Origin: Octopus sinensis
Taxonomy: Eukaryota
Reading direction: 5' to 3'
Assembly (NCBI RefSeq): GCF_006345805.1
Contig: NW_021825719.1
Coordinates: 1-14,627, forward strand
DNA: 14,627 nucleotides
Part shown: piece after piece, positions 9,378-14,627 of the stretch
How the letters are laid out: each line of letters opens with the position of its first letter
How positions within the stretch are numbered: position 1 is the first letter of the stretch
Notes under the pieces: generated by a model
What the model was told of the DNA's origin: nothing
The model's database searches: none
Seen by the model: the letters and a program-made list of their open reading frames with translations, nothing else
Position numbers and translations under genes: made by a program

Positions 9378-9454
9378 GACCGAGTGCAGATATGAGCAGC
9401 ATATGGGAACCGGTATCAAGGAAGGATAGAAAAATATTAGGTTTATAAGTCTTA

Positions 9455-9491
<37 letters not shown>
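9455..9491. repeat. (AAT)n microsatellite, left flank of the 9492-10043 element
   Basis: Direct reading. Confidence 0.97.
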
Positions 9492-9493
<2 letters not shown>

Positions 9494-10043
9494 GATGCAG
9501 TACCAGGCAGTGGCTCTCATGGCTTCTGATCTTAACTGATTGGAAGTGTTATCATGTACATTGTTTTGTCTTGGTATAAAAGATGGGCTACAGCAAATAT
9601 TCTGCTCAATACCACAGATTTGCTTGTCAGTTGTTTGACTTTAACCAGTTGAGCATGTCCCTTAGTGGCTGACGATATGTGCATCTCTGATCACGAGCAG
9701 AAGTAGTGGGGGAGCATCATAGCCATGTGTTGAGAGGGATTCTTTGGAGTTTGAATAGTTCACCTCTGGAAACATGGGTGGTTCTTTCAACATCCTTAAA
9801 AAACCCTTATTCAGGGACCTTTTTGAGCGGGATGGGCTACTCAACCTGAAGAAAACTCTAACTGGGTCCCACCTGCAAGGTCATGTGCTGTTTATCTTGA
9901 TATGAGATCACCATGTCGCGCACATATGGTTGTGATGCATGTGCCCGGTGTACCTTTATCAGACGGGTAGTCATGATGGGTATATTGGGCTTCGTATATT
10001 TTACCCCAGTGTCACTTTGATGGCATGCTCTGCTCGCTCACTC
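9492..10043. mobile_element. Unclassified 552-bp element embedded in an (AAT)n tract
   Basis: Sharp boundaries, higher GC than its surroundings and same-orientation (AAT)n on both sides. I found no TIRs, Pol III boxes or recognisable coding motif. Confidence 0.55.
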
Positions 10044-10078
<35 letters not shown>

Positions 10079-10084
10079 TAATAA
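10044..10084. repeat. (AAT)n microsatellite, right flank
   Basis: Direct reading. Confidence 0.97.
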
Positions 10085-10085
10085 C

Positions 10086-10240
10086 ATAGAAAAATACCTT
10101 AGGAGTGAGAACCCAGGTTCGAAATTTCCGCATTTCCCCAAGACACCTGATGAAGGCTGGAGGGTATATCAGACAAAACGTTGTGTTAACAACAAACAAG
10201 ATGAGGACAAATATTCGTCGAATGTAAATAATGTAACTTT
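10086..10240 (+). mobile_element. Penelope pLTR-like or retrozyme-like repeat carrying a hammerhead motif
   Basis: Hammerhead fold at 10142-10187, a second partial copy at 9330-9377 (-), and an AAATAATGTAA-type end. Confidence 0.6.
10142..10187 (+). ncRNA. Minimal type I hammerhead ribozyme, degenerate in this copy
   Basis: Stem I GACAC/GTGTT; core CTGATGA 10147-10153 plus an extra A; stem II GGCTG/CAGAC (one mismatch); AAAA where GAAA is expected (10175); palindromic AACGTT stem III; GUU cleavage triplet at 10180-10182. Confidence 0.65.
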
Positions 10241-10582
10241 TACTGATTTCATAATTTGCTATGAAATGACAATTATTGTATGCCGACCAGATTTACTGAT
10301 ACTACCAATGGTACCAACAGTATACTTGCAAAGGTTATCCGTCATGTGACGGGTTACTTTCTATTAATTATTATAATGCGAGTTAAATAAGAATATACTT
10401 ATAATGATAACAAGATATAAATGTGTAATTATAATAAGATTAATTAATTTAATCACAAATGATTTTAATGAAACATAGGGTATTCCCACAGGGGGTGACG
10501 ATAGACTAAATTATTACAATACAGATAAATGAATATTAATAATGATAACATCATATACAGCTTTTGACACGTTATTATGTGT

Positions 10583-10588
10583 ATGTGA

Positions 10589-10633
<45 letters not shown>

Positions 10634-10882
10634 GGTGTGTGTGGTGTTTGTCTTTGTGTGTGTGTTATATATAATATGCATATATACATATATATATATG
10701 TATATATGTATATAAATAATTATATGTATATATTATATATATATAATATATATATATATATTATATATATATACATATATATTATTTTATATACATATAT
10801 AATATATATATATATGTATATATGCATATATATAACACACACATATATATATTATATATATATATATATTATATATATATAT
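10583..10882. repeat. (TA)n-rich compound microsatellite
   Basis: Direct reading. Confidence 0.95.
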
Positions 10883-10970
10883 AAAATTAATTAAGGGTAG
10901 AAATTGATATTTATCAATTAAGACCAGTGGTCTAGCATATTAAAAAAGAATCCGAAGATTAAAATATTTA

Positions 10971-11190
10971 TATATACCAATTAAGGACTGAACACGAAAA
11001 GTGGACAGTCAACATGCTAGATATAGACGTCAAATCGCCATTCACCACAAAAGATTATGTTCTCAGATCAAACTCAGTTTTGTGCTGAGTTTGATCTGAG
11101 AACATAATCTTTGTGGTGAATGGCGATTTGACGTCTATATCTAGCATGTTGACTGTCCACTTTTCGTGTTCAGTCCTTAATTGGTATATA
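10971..11190. repeat. Near-perfect inverted repeat: arms 10971-11077 and 11085-11190, 7-nt loop TTTTGTG
   Basis: Base-by-base comparison shows the arms identical except for one indel (AAAA 11049-11052 versus TTT 11110-11112). Confidence 0.98.
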
Positions 11191-11204
11191 ATATATATAT
11201 ATAT

Positions 11205-11408
11205 ACTAAGTAATTAAGGATTAGCAACGATTTGCCTCACCACACCCGAATTTAGAAATAGCAGTCAAAAGAGTTTTGGCTATTCTTTCTACTTAAAGGG
11301 AGATCCCAGTAAAACCACAGCACTTAAAAGGCAAACAACGCAGGCTAAAGAGAAAGAAATGACGACAATCATTCTATATTAAGTCACCTACGGACGTACG
11401 TTTCGGAA
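11205..11408 (-). mobile_element. Penelope pLTR-like fragment with the 3' half of a hammerhead (CCGAAACGTACGTC)
   Basis: The minus strand at 11393-11406 reads CC-GAAA-C-GTAC-GTC, giving a palindromic stem III and a canonical GUC triplet. It is flanked by TA tracts, and the CUGANGA half is missing. Confidence 0.5.
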
Positions 11409-11439
11409 TATATATATATATATATACATATATATAGAC

Positions 11440-11500
<61 letters not shown>
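11409..11500. repeat. (TA)n microsatellite
   Basis: Direct reading. Confidence 0.97.
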
Positions 11501-11502
<2 letters not shown>

Positions 11503-11521
11503 TAGATATATAATATATTAG

Positions 11522-11852
11522 TGTTCGTTCATTGTCAACGATGACCAAGAGTGGTGCGTCAGGCCGATCCGATGCGGGCTAGGAAGTTTCTTCCGTAGGT
11601 GAAGGTCCGATCCTATTTTGTGACACCTCTGTAGGTGCAGCTACGCCAGGCAGGTCGGTCCTGTGCTTGCATATCCCGGGTGTCGGGGTTCATTTGAAAA
11701 CACTTCACTGAGGCATTGAGTGTATGCCTTAAGCTCCTTTTCTGTCCCCATTGTGTGCCCTTGCCTTCTTCCAATTCACTGTAAAAAAAAAGTATTTTGG
11801 GTTCTCGTGTGTTAGGCATTTGAACATGGTTGCCAGCGTAACGGACATGCGC
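11522..11852 (-). mobile_element. RTE (BovB-like) LINE 3' remnant
   Basis: AHVRYAGNHVQ-MPNTREPKILFFYSELEEGKGTQWGQKRSLRHTLNASVKCFQMNPDTRDMQAQDRPAWRS (compare QLRWAGHV.RMP..R.PK..FYGEL..GKR..GGQKKR.KD.LK...DR..WR). Then TYGRNFLARIG (C-terminal C2H2-like remnant) and an RTE-like end GGTCATCGTTGACAATGAACGAAC. Confidence 0.9.
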
Positions 11853-11856
11853 TTAC

Positions 11857-12300
11857 CTCAGTAGACGACTGCAGTTGTGCTGGGTGGGATAAAGTTTCTA
11901 GGATGGAAAGTGGTAGGTTCCCAGAAGCAATTTCCTACGTCGAACTTCGTCGGGACAGACGGTTCCGTGGTAACCAGAGGATGCGATACAGGACAGCGCC
12001 GAAAAGATATATGAAGGGCGGCGAGCTGGCAGAAGCGTTAGCATACCTAGCGGTATTTCGTCTGTCTGCACGTTCTGAGTTCAAATTCCGCCGAGGTGGA
12101 CTTGGACTGTCATCCTTTCGGAGTTGATAAATTAAGTACCAGTTACGCACTGATATCGATGAAATCAACTTAATCCCTTTGTCTTTCCTTGCTTGTCCCC
12201 TCTACGTTTAGCCCCTTGTAGGCAATAAAGAAATATGAAAAGATATCTGAAGATCCATGGCATATACCCAGACGACTAGGAGAAGAACGCCCAACGGTGT
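11857..12300 (+). mobile_element. Second RTE-clade LINE remnant, interrupted by the 12017-12236 SINE
   Basis: RRLQLCWVG(shift)VSR-MESGRFPEAISYVELRRDRRFRGNQRMRYRTAPKRY, continuing after SINE removal as LKIHGIYPDD*EKNA (TAG at 12277-12279 where W is expected). This is the same RTE region as the minus-strand remnant. Confidence 0.75.
12017..12236 (+). mobile_element. tRNA-derived SINE, 220 bp, with a 16-bp TSD
   Basis: A-box-like TGGCAGAAGCG 12027-12037, B-box-like GAGTTCAAATTCC 12078-12089, central TCATCCTTTCGGAGTTGATAAATTAAGTACCAG, 3' AATAAAGAAATA. TSD GAAAAGATATATGAAG 12001-12016 / GAAAAGATATCTGAAG 12237-12252. Confidence 0.92.
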
Positions 12301-12589
12301 GATTGTAATTCTAGCCAGAGAAAAAAAAAAAAACAACAAAGAGAGTACGTTGTGTTATGTAGCTTCACCAGCAGCAGATATTATCGCTGCTACAGATCAA
12401 GAGCAGGCATGGTAGCCCGCCGCATTTGCTAACTGTACAAATTCGCATCAGATCGAAGATGGAGACATTATATAATTGTTTACAAGAAAATTATTTCAAG
12501 AAAATTTCGAATCTTTATGAAAACTTTTTAGAATAGTCTGTATACATGTAAAAACCACTTGCCTCTGTTTACTTGGAAAAGTCTAAATG

Positions 12590-12595
12590 TCTATC

Positions 12596-12647
<52 letters not shown>

Positions 12648-13050
12648 GATATATATTATATACACAAACACACACACACATATGTATGTATGCATATATA
12701 TAGTATATATATAGTGTGTGTATATGGTATATATATATATTATTAATATATATTATATATATATATATAATACATAGATATAATTATACATACATATGAA
12801 TTTATTTGCATTTGTATAATCATGAATATTGAGCCATATACACATACACACACAGAGGCATACATACTCACAAAAACACGCGCGCGCATATATGTCGGCA
12901 GACAGATAGAAAGACAGGAGATAGTAGATAGGAAAAATCATATATATATATATAATATATATATATATATATCTATATAAGATCGTATATATATAATATA
13001 TATATATAGAGAGAGAGAGGAGAGAAGAGAGAGAGAGAGAGAGAGATAGG
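12590..13050. repeat. Compound (TATC)n/(TA)n/(CA)n/(GA)n microsatellite region
   Basis: Direct reading. Confidence 0.92.
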
Positions 13051-13539
13051 TAGGTAGACAACTGAATCTTCCTTGAAACACAAACAAATGCATACATTCC
13101 CTGCTTTCAAAATCCGAAAATATTACCACATAGTATAGCAGTGTTTATTGACCATTGTCCAATGCCTGGCGATTGCTCACGTCACCTTGGTCAGTTTTAC
13201 AATAAATTCCGAACTCGTGAGAGCGTCGGTGGTCTAGGTATTGTGATTTTTCGCCAAAATTAACTACTGACCTTTCATTGGGCTCCTGGGTCTGCCATAT
13301 TTAGGGTTTGCTAAAAAGTTGTTGCCAGGTAACTTGACGATTGCTTTAACAAGACGATAACAAATATTGGTCACGCTTGGTTAAACACCTTGCGCCAAGT
13401 GAAGTTTACAGACAAACACCATCACATGTGGTGCTGCACACAGCTACACATGCACAGTCGCACAGATACACAAATACACAGATGCGGAGAATCATAGTTT
13501 CGTTTATAGATTGAGCAACTGATTCTACACATAAATTTA

Positions 13540-13781
13540 AGCAGACACACACACACACACGCACACACGCATAAACACAGAAAACACTCACAAACGCACT
13601 CATAAATACATGAATGTAACCACAAACGTAATCATAGACATAAGCACACATACACGCGTACTTATGCAGATATGCAGACATTTTCAAAGATGCATTCAGA
13701 TAAGCAGTCAATCACACGCATATATACATAGTAAGCATTTATCAGGATATTTCAAATTATATATATACATACAACATACAT

Positions 13782-13821
<40 letters not shown>

Positions 13822-14105
13822 TATATATATTGTATTTATGTATAACATTTAAATACACACGTACATATAAGCATATATACATACATCCATAGACATAATA
13901 TATACACACATATGTATATATACATACTATATACATACATACAAATATGTATATATAATACGCCTATATATACTATATATATACAGACAGATGTAATTAT
14001 GTACATATAGTATGTATAGATATTATATTATATTATATTTATTAATTATATTATATCATATTATATTATATTATATTATATTATATATATATATATATAT
14101 AGATA

Positions 14106-14183
<78 letters not shown>
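13540..14183. repeat. Compound (CA)n/(TA)n/(TTATA)n/(TG)n low-complexity region
   Basis: Direct reading. Confidence 0.9.
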
Positions 14184-14185
<2 letters not shown>

Positions 14186-14627
14186 TTTTTTCTCGGCTCC
14201 CGACATTTTTCTTCTACTATTTTCTTCTTTATAATTATTCAGTTTCCTCGAAAAAAATTCTCCCAGGTGTTACTCATTACAATTCGTCTTGGCCTAACGG
14301 CTGTTTACTCTGTACGTACACTTTGTCGTTGTTTGTTCGTCCGAAGCTCTAACTCTCCATGAATTTCATATTCTAAAAATTTCTGGATGCTGCTCTCTTA
14401 CGAAGTTTCCCTATATTATCATTAAAAGCACGATAAGGAGTTATCTTCTTTTTGTACTTTGTCCTGTACTATTCACTCGTGTGTTTACATATTTTCACTC
14501 GTTGTTGATGTCCTGTACTTACTGGGTGTTTTTTTTTTATTTTATATATAATATTCTTATGCACAGAGTGTTTGAAGTGGTGTACAGATATGATATATTG
14601 AGAAAAAGGAGGCAGTTAGAATTTTGG

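Noticed and set aside
9260-9448. About 62-codon open plus-strand frame (FGHLEASVAGDIYRCAMNIG...)
   Set aside because: It has no start or good splice sites, and 9330-9377 within it is an inverted repeat fragment.
9669-9700. CTGACGA followed by a small hairpin inside the AAT-flanked element
   Set aside because: There is no GAAA after the hairpin.
11384-11602. 11-bp inverted repeat TCACCTACGGA / TCCGTAGGTGA, considered as hammerhead stem I
   Set aside because: The second copy lies in the RTE coding remnant (TFTYG codons) and there is no adjacent CUGANGA. Probably chance.
11855-11910. Extension of the minus-strand RTE as HNCSRLLR
   Set aside because: Better explained as the reverse complement of the plus-strand RTE remnant (RRLQLCWVG..VSRM).
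1054-14362. Most ORFs in the six-frame track (IHTY, YVCM, ERER, LSLS, IYIY types)
   Set aside because: They are translations of microsatellites, which lack stops in some frames. No domain content.
14250-14420. Candidate exons near the window end
   Set aside because: Splice signals are weak and the peptides are unrecognisable in every frame.

Overview
Eukaryotic, AT-rich, repeat-dominated genomic DNA. The SINE set and microsatellite density suggest an octopus (coleoid cephalopod); this is inferred from recalled SINE families, not from a search. I found no intact protein-coding gene, true tRNA/rRNA or CRISPR array, and nearly all ORFs in the track come from microsatellites. The window holds: (i) several tRNA-derived SINEs, namely four or five copies or fragments of a CORE-type SINE, two SINEs sharing a head but with different tails, and a 220-bp SINE with a 16-bp TSD; (ii) decayed non-LTR retroelement pieces, namely a Tx1/L1-like 3' end with an 11-bp TSD at a GATA microsatellite, a Penelope-like GIY-YIG remnant, and two head-to-head RTE remnants; (iii) Penelope pLTR-like segments with hammerhead ribozyme motifs; (iv) a near-perfect palindrome with 107/106-bp arms; (v) an unclassified 552-bp element inside an (AAT)n tract. 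The most interesting signals are a SINE whose 3' tail matches the Tx1-like LINE tail, possible microsatellite targeting, hammerhead motifs, SINE module swapping and the palindrome. Family names come from motif recognition by eye and need database confirmation.
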